Shown in pieces: positions 15,960 through 23,953 of a stretch of 32,000 nt of DNA (positions are counted from its first letter, which is position 1; each line of letters opens with the position of its first letter). The stretch lies in contig JAIPHU010000001.1 of assembly GCA_021735045.1 (NCBI GenBank), positions 75,890-107,889 on the forward strand, given 5' to 3'. The DNA is from Candidatus Omnitrophota bacterium (GTDB taxonomy: Bacteria; Omnitrophota; Gorgyraeia; Duberdicusellales; 4484-171). The notes beneath the pieces are model-generated. The model had not been told where the DNA came from. It saw only the letters and a list, made by a program, of their open reading frames with translations, and ran no database searches. Both the position numbers and the translations under genes were made by a program.

Positions 15960-15990
15960 CCAACCTTCTTAGGTTGGTTTTTTTATTTTT
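15960..15990 (+). terminator. Intrinsic terminator after hydA
   Basis: CCAACCT-TCTT-AGGTTGG (15960-15977) followed by TTTTTTTATTTTT. Confidence 0.7.
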
Positions 15991-16000
15991 AGGAGGTTTT

Positions 16001-16252
16001 ATGGAACAAAGGCTGGGTTTTGTGGGAATTATTATTGAAGAGCGTTTAAAAGTGGCAAAAAAGGTTAATTCTGTTCTTTTTGATTTCGGTGAAATTATCA
16101 TTGGGAGGATAGGGCTTCCTTATAAAGAAAAGTCGTGCAATGTTATTACTCTTATTATAAACGCTAACAGTGATCAACTAGGTGCATTAACTGGTCAATT
16201 GGGAAAAGTAGAAGGGGTTTCGGTAAAGTCAGCTTTGGCTAAGAAAAAATAA
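16001..16252 (+). CDS. TM1266-like ACT-fold protein (putative iron-only hydrogenase system regulator family)
   Basis: Start at ATG 16001 behind AGGAGG (15991-15996). IIGRIGLPYKEK...GQLGKVEGVSVKSAL matches my recollection of the TM1266/TIGR03959 family. Sits directly upstream of hydF. Confidence 0.7.
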   Translation: MEQRLGFVGIIIEERLKVAKKVNSVLFDFGEIIIGRIGLPYKEKSCNVITLIINANSDQLGALTGQLGKVEGVSVKSALAKKK

Positions 16253-16253
16253 T

Positions 16254-17516
16254 ATGAGAAAAACACCTAAATCATTAAGGTTACAATTAGGTCTATTTGG
16301 AAGGACTAATATCGGCAAGTCAACTTTTTTAAATATGGTTGCTGGCCAAGATGTATCGATAACTTCTTCGGTCCCGGGGACTACAACCGATGTTGTCGAA
16401 AAATCAATGGAACTTCTTCCGGTTGGCCCAGTAGTTTTTCTAGATACTGCCGGCGTAGATGATGACTCAGAGTTGGCTTCTCTAAGGCTCATAAAGACAA
16501 GGAAAATTTTTGATCGGGCTGATATTATTATACTTTTAGTAGAGCCTGATATTTGGTCGAGTTTTGAGAGATCAGTTGCTTTTGAGGCGGAAAAGAGAAG
16601 CATTCCTTTAATTATAGTTGTAAATAAGGTTGATCAAAAAAAGCCAAAAGAAGATTTTATTCAAAAGATCAAAAAACATACTAATTTTTATCTATTAGTA
16701 TCTAGTCTGGATATAAAAAATAGGGATAAATATGTCAACTTGTTAAAAAGTTATTTAATAAAATGCTGCCCGGATGATTTTATAAATCCGCCTTCTTTAG
16801 TCGGGGATCTTTTACCGGAAGGTGGCCTAGCGGTTTTAATTGTTCCGATTGATCTTGAAGCTCCCAAAGGAAGGATCATTTTACCTCAAGTACAAACTAT
16901 AAGAGATTGCCTAGACAATAAACAAATGGCTTTAGTTGTTAAAGAAAGTGAATATGTCAGCAGTCTTAGCAAGTTAAATAATAATCCGGATTTGGTTATT
17001 TGTGATTCGCAGGTAGTATCATTTATGGTAAAAAATAGCCCTTCGGGTATAAATTGCACTACATTTTCAATTGTTTTTTCACGCAATAAAGGAGAGCTGG
17101 CCGAAGAGGTAAAGGCTGTTACTGCCATTGATAGACTAAAAAATGGTGATAAGGTTTTAATTGCTGAAGCTTGTTCTCATCATCCGATAGAAGATGATAT
17201 TGGGCGCATAAAGATACCTAAATGGTTAAGGCAATATACAAAAAAAGAGATAAAAATTGATTCTTGTGCTGGAAGGGATTATCCCGACAATTTATCAAAA
17301 TATAAACTAATCATTCATTGTGGCGGATGCATGATAACACGTAGAGAGATGTTGTTTAGAATTCAAAAAGCTAAAGAACAGAAAGTTGCTTTGACCAATT
17401 ATGGTCTGGCGATATCGCATTTGCAAGGAGTACTAGAGAGAGTGTTGTCTCCTTTTCCAGCCGCGTATGATATATACAAACAAGAAAGAAATGGGGGTTA
17501 TAATAATGAAAACTAA
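16254..17516 (+). CDS. hydF: [FeFe]-hydrogenase maturation GTPase HydF
   Basis: G1 GRTNIGKS, G3 DTAG, G4 NKVD. C-terminal FeS motif EACSHHP ... HCGGC. Confidence 0.9.
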   Translation: MRKTPKSLRLQLGLFGRTNIGKSTFLNMVAGQDVSITSSVPGTTTDVVEKSMELLPVGPVVFLDTAGVDDDSELASLRLIKTRKIFDRADIIILLVEPDIWSSFERSVAFEAEKRSIPLIIVVNKVDQKKPKEDFIQKIKKHTNFYLLVSSLDIKNRDKYVNLLKSYLIKCCPDDFINPPSLVGDLLPEGGLAVLIVPIDLEAPKGRIILPQVQTIRDCLDNKQMALVVKESEYVSSLSKLNNNPDLVICDSQVVSFMVKNSPSGINCTTFSIVFSRNKGELAEEVKAVTAIDRLKNGDKVLIAEACSHHPIEDDIGRIKIPKWLRQYTKKEIKIDSCAGRDYPDNLSKYKLIIHCGGCMITRREMLFRIQKAKEQKVALTNYGLAISHLQGVLERVLSPFPAAYDIYKQERNGGYNNEN

Positions 17517-19005
17517 AAAGATAGATTTGGGTCTATGGAAAAAAAATAGGATAAAAGAAGATGAGATCAAAAGATATAAGAAAGAAGGCCAAGGATCCTT
17601 TATTGATCATAAAAAAATAGAATTTCTTTTGGCAAAGAAAAGAAAAATTAGTAAAAAAGAAATCAAAGATATTTTAGCAAAGTCTTTAACAATTGAGGCT
17701 TTAAGTTTAGAAGAAACAGCAGTGCTGCTTTCTGTAGAGGATAAAGAATTACTTTCTTTAATGGAGGAAACCGCTTATAAAATAAAAAGGAATGTTTATG
17801 ACAACAGAATTGTAACCTTTGCTCCGCTGTATTTGGGCAATTTCTGTGTTAATGACTGTCTTTACTGCGGGTTCCGTGAATCAAATAAAAATGCTTGCAG
17901 AAAAGTTTTAAGCAGGGATGAAATTATTTCTGATACAAAAGTTTTAGCAGGAAAAATTGGGCATAAGCGTTTAATTGTTGTCTACGGTGAACATCCAAAA
18001 AATGATGTAGATTATATAGAAAAGAGTATAAAAGCTATTTATTCAGTAAAAGAAAAGACTAAAAATGGTTTTGGCCAGATTAGAAGAGTTAATGTAAATG
18101 CTCCTCCTTTTGCAATTGATGATTTGAAAAAGCTGCATGAAGTAGGTATTGGTACTTATCAGGTTTTTCAAGAGACCTATCATCCTGAAACTTACCGGAA
18201 AGTTCACCCCCAGAACACAATCAAGGGTAACTATGACTGGCGTCTTTATTGTATGCATCGGGCGTTTGAGGCGGGGATCGATGATCTAGGAATTGGTGTT
18301 CTTTTTGGATTGTATGATTGGAAGTTTGAATTGATGGGATTAGTTGCTCATGCTCATGAATTGGAAAATAAATTTGGGGTTGGGCCGCATACCATCTCGT
18401 TTCCAAGGTTAGAACCGGCTGATAGTTCGCCTTATACGCAAAATTCAAAGTTTAAAGTTAGTGATAAAGATTTCCGAAGATTAATTACTGTAATTAGGTT
18501 AGCTGTTCCTTATACGGGAATGATTATTACAGCCAGAGAGACTCCTCAAATACGAGAAGATTCTTTAACATTAGGGGTTACCCAAACCGATGCTTCTTCT
18601 CGGATTGGAATTGGCGGTTATAGTAAAGCTACCCAAACTCAGGAAAGCAATCGGCAGCAATTTTTGTTAGGAGATACAAGAAGTTTAGATGAAGTAGTTA
18701 GAAAGTTTTCGGAAATGGGTTTTATAACCTCATTTTGTACAGCGGGATATCGTTGTGGCAGAACCGGTAAATGCATCATGGATTTGTTAAAAAAGGGCGA
18801 GGAAGGTAAATTCTGTAAGCTTAACGCGGTTTTAACTTTTCGTGAGTGGCTTGATGATTTTGCAACTCCAGAAACTAAAAGGGCCGGGGAGCTAGTTATA
18901 AAAAAGGAAATTCAAGAAGTAAAAACAAGAAATCTAAAAATATACGAGCAATTTATTAATTTTTATGATAGGATAAAAAGGGGTGAAAGGGACTTATACT
19001 TTTAG
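17506..19005 (+). CDS. hydG: Radical SAM HydG-like (ThiH/HydG family) maturase with variant C-terminal Cys motif
   Basis: FAPLYLGNFCVNDCLYCGFR radical-SAM CX3CX2C; GHKRLIVVYGEHP. C-terminal SFCTAGYRCGRTGKC...FCKLNA. Start chosen at ATG 17506 (GGGGG 8 nt upstream), overlapping hydF by 11 nt. Confidence 0.8.
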   Translation: MKTKKIDLGLWKKNRIKEDEIKRYKKEGQGSFIDHKKIEFLLAKKRKISKKEIKDILAKSLTIEALSLEETAVLLSVEDKELLSLMEETAYKIKRNVYDNRIVTFAPLYLGNFCVNDCLYCGFRESNKNACRKVLSRDEIISDTKVLAGKIGHKRLIVVYGEHPKNDVDYIEKSIKAIYSVKEKTKNGFGQIRRVNVNAPPFAIDDLKKLHEVGIGTYQVFQETYHPETYRKVHPQNTIKGNYDWRLYCMHRAFEAGIDDLGIGVLFGLYDWKFELMGLVAHAHELENKFGVGPHTISFPRLEPADSSPYTQNSKFKVSDKDFRRLITVIRLAVPYTGMIITARETPQIREDSLTLGVTQTDASSRIGIGGYSKATQTQESNRQQFLLGDTRSLDEVVRKFSEMGFITSFCTAGYRCGRTGKCIMDLLKKGEEGKFCKLNAVLTFREWLDDFATPETKRAGELVIKKEIQEVKTRNLKIYEQFINFYDRIKRGERDLYF

Positions 19006-19011
19006 TTCAAA

Positions 19012-19054
19012 GTCCAACGTCCAATGTTCAATGTGAATTAGTGAATAGTTGATT
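19012..19054. repeat. Drifting heptamer array GTCCAAC GTCCAAT GTTCAAT GTGAAT(TA) GTGAATA GTTGATT
   Basis: Read directly. Successive units differ by 1-2 substitutions. The array fills the spacer between the hydG stop (19005) and the next ATG (19079). Confidence 0.7.
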
Positions 19055-19078
19055 TAATTAACCAGTTAACCAAACAAG

Positions 19079-19348
19079 ATGGAAGAAAATATAAAAGAAA
19101 AATTTAAACAGGTTTCTAAAAGAGTAGCCAATGAATTTGGAATAGTAATCCATCTAGCTGAAATTCATGGCAAACGCTGGTCTTATATTGGTGGTGACGA
19201 TATACCAGAAGATTTAGCTTTTGATACTCATTGCCTAAAAGTTTCAGATACAATTGGCACAATTGTCTACGGCTGGTCAAAATTGGACCAAAAAAGAGAA
19301 AAAGACCTTCTCGAATATTGCCAAAAAGAGCTTATTTTCTCCCCATAA
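19079..19348 (+). CDS. Hypothetical protein (89 aa)
   Basis: ORF only; no motif recognised (…HGKRWSYIGGDDIPEDL…). Confidence 0.45.
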   Translation: MEENIKEKFKQVSKRVANEFGIVIHLAEIHGKRWSYIGGDDIPEDLAFDTHCLKVSDTIGTIVYGWSKLDQKREKDLLEYCQKELIFSP

Positions 19349-19399
19349 CCATGTAATTTTTAATCTTCATTTTATAATAAAATTTTATTAAAAAATATT

Positions 19400-20374
19400 A
19401 TGGATTATAGAAAAATTAACAATATTGATCTGCCAATTTCAGCCGTAACTTTAGGAACCTGGGCTTTTGGCGGTGATATTTGGTGGGGCTCACAGGAAGA
19501 TAAAAGTTCAGTAGAGGTTATGGATGAAGCTGTAAGGGCCGGTATCACCATGATTGACACAGCACCAGTTTATGGACGCGGGCGTTCAGAAAAAGTAATT
19601 GGTGATTTCTTAAGGAAACATAAAGTAAGGGATAAAGTAGCGGTGGCTACTAAGTTAGGCCTTGATTGGCAAGGGCCTAAAATTTTACATAATTTAACAA
19701 AAAAAAGAATGCTTGAAGAAGTTGATCTATCACGTAGTCGTCTTCAAACCGATTATTTTGACCTTTATCAAGTTCATTGGCCAGACCCAAACACTCCAAT
19801 TGCTGAAACTGCCCAAACTATGTATAAGTTAAAACAAAAAGGAATAATTAAAGCAGTGGGGGTAAGCAACTATTCAGTAAATCAAATATCTGAGTTTATG
19901 AAATATTGCCCGCTTGATTGCTTGCAACCCGAATACAGTATGTTTAAGCGTGATATTGAATCAGAGATTGTCCCAATTTGCCAAAAAAATAATATTGCAA
20001 TTATAAGTTATGCTCCTTTATATAGTGGATTGCTTACCGGTAAGTTTTTTTTAAAAAGTTCAACTATTCCCAATGATAGAAACCGAAAATTAAAATCATT
20101 TCATTTTGCTGAACCTTATTTTTCAATAAATAAAGAAACTTTAGAAAAATTAGAAAAGATTGCTTCTAACTATCAAAAAACTCTTACCCAACTTGTGATA
20201 AATTGGAATTTTTCCCAAACCGGAATTACCTCAAGCATTGTTGGTTCAAGAAAATTAAAACAACTTAAAGAGAATTTAGGTAGTATGGGGTGGAAGCTAT
20301 CCGGGAAAGATCTTATGCAAATAAACGAAATCCTTAAGCAAAGAGTTAAAAAAATCGAAGCGATTAAAGAGTAA
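19400..20374 (+). CDS. Aldo/keto reductase family oxidoreductase
   Basis: LGTWAFGG, IDTAPVYGRGRSEKVIG, LYQVHWPD, VGVSNYS: AKR signatures. Confidence 0.85.
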   Translation: MDYRKINNIDLPISAVTLGTWAFGGDIWWGSQEDKSSVEVMDEAVRAGITMIDTAPVYGRGRSEKVIGDFLRKHKVRDKVAVATKLGLDWQGPKILHNLTKKRMLEEVDLSRSRLQTDYFDLYQVHWPDPNTPIAETAQTMYKLKQKGIIKAVGVSNYSVNQISEFMKYCPLDCLQPEYSMFKRDIESEIVPICQKNNIAIISYAPLYSGLLTGKFFLKSSTIPNDRNRKLKSFHFAEPYFSINKETLEKLEKIASNYQKTLTQLVINWNFSQTGITSSIVGSRKLKQLKENLGSMGWKLSGKDLMQINEILKQRVKKIEAIKE

Positions 20375-20375
20375 A

Positions 20376-21344
20376 ATGGCAAAATTAAGAAAAAAGAAAA
20401 CTATCCTGGTTACGGGGGCAACTGGTTTTATTGGCAGGCATCTTATCGGCCGGCTTATTGGTTTAGGCCAATATTCCATCGTTGCTATTAGTCGTTTTCC
20501 GGAAAAAGCCAATAAAATAAAAAATCAAGAAATAAAACTAATAAAAGCAGATATAACCAAAGAGAAAGATTTAGAAAAATTAACTAAAATCCCTATAGAT
20601 ATAATTATTCATTGTGCCGCGTCTGTAGAAGGCAAAAAGAAAAAAAACCTTGATAAAACCAATATTTTTGGAACTGAAAATATCTGTAAACTTGGAGTTG
20701 AGCTTGGTGTAGAAAAATTTATTTATCTAAGCTCGGTAGCTGTTGTAAGTGGAAATAAACAGTTACCTTTGACCGAAGAGCTACCTCATTCTGCAACTAA
20801 CATTTATGGGGAGTCGAAACTAGAGGCAGAAAAAAAAGTTTTAGTATATCGAAGAAAAGGTCTGCCAGTAGTTATCTTAAGGCCTCCTATGGTTTATGGT
20901 GAAGATGAACCTCATGCTTTTTCGTTTTTGCTCAAATTATTAAAATGGAGAATGATTCCTTTAGTTGAAGGTGGTAAGTATAGGCTTCATCTTGCTTATG
21001 TGGAAAATGTAGTAGAAGCAATAATTTTTGCTTTAGAGAATGATGATATGTTTAAAGGTTCATTTTTTGTAGCTGACGATGAAGTCTTAACTATAGAACA
21101 GGTATTTAAAAAAATGGCTGAAGGGATTGGTGCTAAGCCTCCTTTATTTGTTCCTTCTTTTCTAACTTACTTTTTGTGTCAAATCCCTTTTTTAGGTAAG
21201 CGTTTTAGTTTTTTTCTTAAAGATCGAATTTATAGTACAGAAAAAATTAAGTCTTTGGGATTTATGCCTCCCTATCGAGCCAAAGATGCTTTAGTTAAAA
21301 GTAGTCGAGCTTGTTTTAAGAAAAAAAATAGAACTAGTAACTAA
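20376..21344 (+). CDS. NAD-dependent epimerase/dehydratase (extended SDR)
   Basis: ILVTGATGFIGRHL Rossmann motif; YGESKLEAE (YxxxK). Confidence 0.85.
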   Translation: MAKLRKKKTILVTGATGFIGRHLIGRLIGLGQYSIVAISRFPEKANKIKNQEIKLIKADITKEKDLEKLTKIPIDIIIHCAASVEGKKKKNLDKTNIFGTENICKLGVELGVEKFIYLSSVAVVSGNKQLPLTEELPHSATNIYGESKLEAEKKVLVYRRKGLPVVILRPPMVYGEDEPHAFSFLLKLLKWRMIPLVEGGKYRLHLAYVENVVEAIIFALENDDMFKGSFFVADDEVLTIEQVFKKMAEGIGAKPPLFVPSFLTYFLCQIPFLGKRFSFFLKDRIYSTEKIKSLGFMPPYRAKDALVKSSRACFKKKNRTSN

Positions 21345-21381
21345 AACTTGCAAAATATTTTTTTTTTGGTATATTTATCCT

Positions 21382-21771
21382 GTGATTAGATTAATTAAAG
21401 AAAAGTTAGTTTATCTTGGTTGTATTTTTATTTTATTATCTACTGGTTGTATCCCAGTTTTAATTGGAGCTGGGGCTATAGGAGGATACGCTTTAAGCAA
21501 TGATGCAGCAGAGGGGAAAATATCAGTGGAGTATCGGGTTCTTTGGGATCTTTGTCTGGATACTTTAGAAGAAAAAGAAGCTGAAATTTTAGTTATAAAT
21601 CAAGCCAGAGGTTATATTAAAGCTGTAGTTTCTGAGCATGCAGTGACTTTTAGGATAAATAGTATAGATTCAGATTATCAAAGATTAAAAATAGCAGCCC
21701 GCCGTAACTATATGCCTAAACCTCAATTCGCTCAAAAAATATTTTTTGAAATAGTTGATCAGCTAGAGTGA
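21382..21771 (+). CDS. Small lipoprotein of unknown function
   Basis: Lipobox LLSTGC after a basic/hydrophobic N-terminus. GTG start, so the start is uncertain. Confidence 0.55.
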   Translation: MIRLIKEKLVYLGCIFILLSTGCIPVLIGAGAIGGYALSNDAAEGKISVEYRVLWDLCLDTLEEKEAEILVINQARGYIKAVVSEHAVTFRINSIDSDYQRLKIAARRNYMPKPQFAQKIFFEIVDQLE

Positions 21772-22529
21772 AAAAATTTCTATTAATTTTATTTTTTTTC
21801 TTATCCGCCTGTAGTCCTACCGACTATTCTAAGATAAAAGTAGAAAAAGTAATTGATGGAGATACTATAGTTTTATCAACAGGAGAGTCTCTTCGATATA
21901 TAGGTATTGATACTCCAGAGTCGAGAATTAAAAAGGGAAACCAATTTGTTTATGACCCGCAGCCTTTTGCCATTGAAGCTACTCAACTTAATAAAGAATT
22001 AGTTGAAGGAAAAAGTGTCAGAATCGAGTTTGATATCGATAAAAAGGACCGCTACGGGAGATTATTGGGTTATTGCTTTGTGGGCGATACTTTTGTAAAT
22101 GAAAAGTTGACAGAAGAAGGGTATGCTGTTTTGTATACTTACCCGCCCAATATTAGATATGTAGATTTATTAGTTCAAGCTCAAAAAAAGGCCCGGCAAA
22201 ATAATAGAGGTATTTGGGGCGTGTATAAAACAATAAACCATAAGCAAGCCGGTAACTACATAAATCAAATCCGCACAGTTAGAGGAAGGGTTTTAAATAC
22301 TTATCAATCTAATAACTGCACTTATCTTAATTTTGGCTCAGACTATAAGACCGATTTTACTGTAGTGATTTTTAATAATACCTTAGATTATTTTCATAAT
22401 GAGAAAATAAATCCGGTAAGTTTTTATAAAGGAAAAATGATTGAAGTTTCCGGAAGAATCAGGGAATATAATGGCCCGGAGATAATCGTAAATAGTCCAG
22501 AAGAAATACGGATAATAGACCAAAATTAA
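21768..22529 (+). CDS. Secreted thermonuclease (SNase-like) lipoprotein with C-terminal OB-like domain
   Basis: Signal/lipobox FFFLSAC; VIDGDTIVL...YIGIDTPE...DRYGRLLGY...EEGYA SNase motifs. GTGA start/stop overlap with the upstream gene. Confidence 0.8.
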   Translation: MKKFLLILFFFLSACSPTDYSKIKVEKVIDGDTIVLSTGESLRYIGIDTPESRIKKGNQFVYDPQPFAIEATQLNKELVEGKSVRIEFDIDKKDRYGRLLGYCFVGDTFVNEKLTEEGYAVLYTYPPNIRYVDLLVQAQKKARQNNRGIWGVYKTINHKQAGNYINQIRTVRGRVLNTYQSNNCTYLNFGSDYKTDFTVVIFNNTLDYFHNEKINPVSFYKGKMIEVSGRIREYNGPEIIVNSPEEIRIIDQN

Positions 22530-22600
22530 CCTTTCACCATCTACCAACTATTTTAAAAAAATCCTTAAAAAAACTAATTTTTAAGGTATAATTGTAGCTT

Positions 22601-23932
22601 ATGGCAGCCAACAAATTAACAAAAATTATTTCTTTATGCAAGCGCCGGGGCTTTATCTTTGGTGGTTCTCAGATTTATGGAGGGTTATCCAGCATCTGGG
22701 ATTATGGCCCGCTTGGAGTTAGTTTAAAGAAGAAGATTAAAGATATTTGGTGGAAAGAGTATGTAGAACATAGAAATGATATTGTTGGCCTTGATTCAAG
22801 TATTATTATGGCTGAAGGTGTTTTTTTGGCCTCTGGGCATCTTAAAGGATTCTCAGACCTACTAGTTGATTGTTCTAGCTGTGGCAAGAGATCTCGGCTG
22901 GATATGATTGAAAAAATCAGCGAAAATATTTATAAATGCCCAGAATGTAAAAAAGAGATAGATATTAAAAAAAATCCTCCCCGGCAGTTTAATTTAATGT
23001 TTAAGACAAATATGAGCGCGGCAGAGAATAAACCATACTACGGGTATCTACGTCCGGAAACCGCTCAAGGTATATTTGTTAATTTTTCTAACGTTCTAAA
23101 TACGACTCGTAAAAAACTTCCTCTAGGGATTGCTCAAATCGGTAAAGCATTTCGTAATGAAGTAACAACTGGAAGTTTTATTTTTCGGATGAAAGAGTTT
23201 GAACAAATGGAAATAGAATACTTTGTTCGGCCAGACAATGCAGAAGAGTTTTATAACTATTGGGTAAAACAACGTTATGATTTTTATCTTGATACGATTG
23301 GATTAAATAAGGAAAATCTAAGATTACGTAAACATTCTAAAGAAGAACTGGCTCATTATGCGAAAGCTTGTACCGATATTGAGTTTAACTTTCCCTTTGG
23401 GTGGAGTGAATTAGAAGGCATTGCTAACCGAGGTGATTATGATTTAGCTAAACATGCAGAAGAAAGTAAAAAAGATCTTAGTTATTTTGATCAAAAAACT
23501 AAAGAAAAAATAATCCCTCACGTGATTGAGCCTTCAGCTGGGGTAGATAGAACTTTTTTTGCAGTTATATCGGATGCATTTTGCCAAGAAGAAGTCAAGG
23601 GGAGAAAAAGAACTATTTTAAAACTAAAGCCGCATCTTGCGCCATATCAAGTGGCAATATTTCCTTTATTAAAGAAAAATAAAGATATAGTTAAGCTTGC
23701 AAAAAATATTTTTTATGATATAAAAAACAAAGTACCTGCTACCTATGATGATACAGCTTCAATTGGTAAATTATATCGCCGCCAGGATGAAGTAGGTACA
23801 CCTTTCTGTGTAACTGTCGATGTTGATAGTTTAACCGATAAAAAAGTAACTGTTCGTAGTCGTGATTCTATGGCTCAAGATAGAATTAGCATCGATAAAG
23901 TATTAGATTTTGTTAGTGATAAATTAAGTTAA
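22601..23932 (+). CDS. glyQS: Glycine--tRNA ligase (homodimeric GlyQS type)
   Basis: RGFIFGGSQIYGGLSSIWDYGPLG, YLRPETAQGIF, class II motifs; 443 aa. Confidence 0.9.
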   Translation: MAANKLTKIISLCKRRGFIFGGSQIYGGLSSIWDYGPLGVSLKKKIKDIWWKEYVEHRNDIVGLDSSIIMAEGVFLASGHLKGFSDLLVDCSSCGKRSRLDMIEKISENIYKCPECKKEIDIKKNPPRQFNLMFKTNMSAAENKPYYGYLRPETAQGIFVNFSNVLNTTRKKLPLGIAQIGKAFRNEVTTGSFIFRMKEFEQMEIEYFVRPDNAEEFYNYWVKQRYDFYLDTIGLNKENLRLRKHSKEELAHYAKACTDIEFNFPFGWSELEGIANRGDYDLAKHAEESKKDLSYFDQKTKEKIIPHVIEPSAGVDRTFFAVISDAFCQEEVKGRKRTILKLKPHLAPYQVAIFPLLKKNKDIVKLAKNIFYDIKNKVPATYDDTASIGKLYRRQDEVGTPFCVTVDVDSLTDKKVTVRSRDSMAQDRISIDKVLDFVSDKLS

Positions 23933-23953
23933 TCCATAAGGAGGAGAGGAAGA

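Noticed and set aside
15947-16000. Longer start (15947) for the TM1266-like gene
   Set aside because: The extension runs through the hydA terminator hairpin and T-run. AGGAGG precedes ATG 16001.
19376-19389. Perfect 14-bp palindrome AATAAAATTTTATT upstream of the aldo/keto reductase gene
   Set aside because: It is composed only of A/T in an AT-rich spacer. Such palindromes arise easily by chance, and there is no supporting context.
21348-21375. Promoter TTGCAA-16-TATATT in front of the lipoprotein gene
   Set aside because: It would place the transcription start on the GTG start codon, giving a leaderless GTG, which is unlikely. Either the promoter or the start call is wrong, so it is not reported as a feature.
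22530-22600. T-box leader upstream of glyQS
   Set aside because: The spacer is only 71 bp, far too short for a T-box (~200+ nt). No specifier or T-box sequence was seen.
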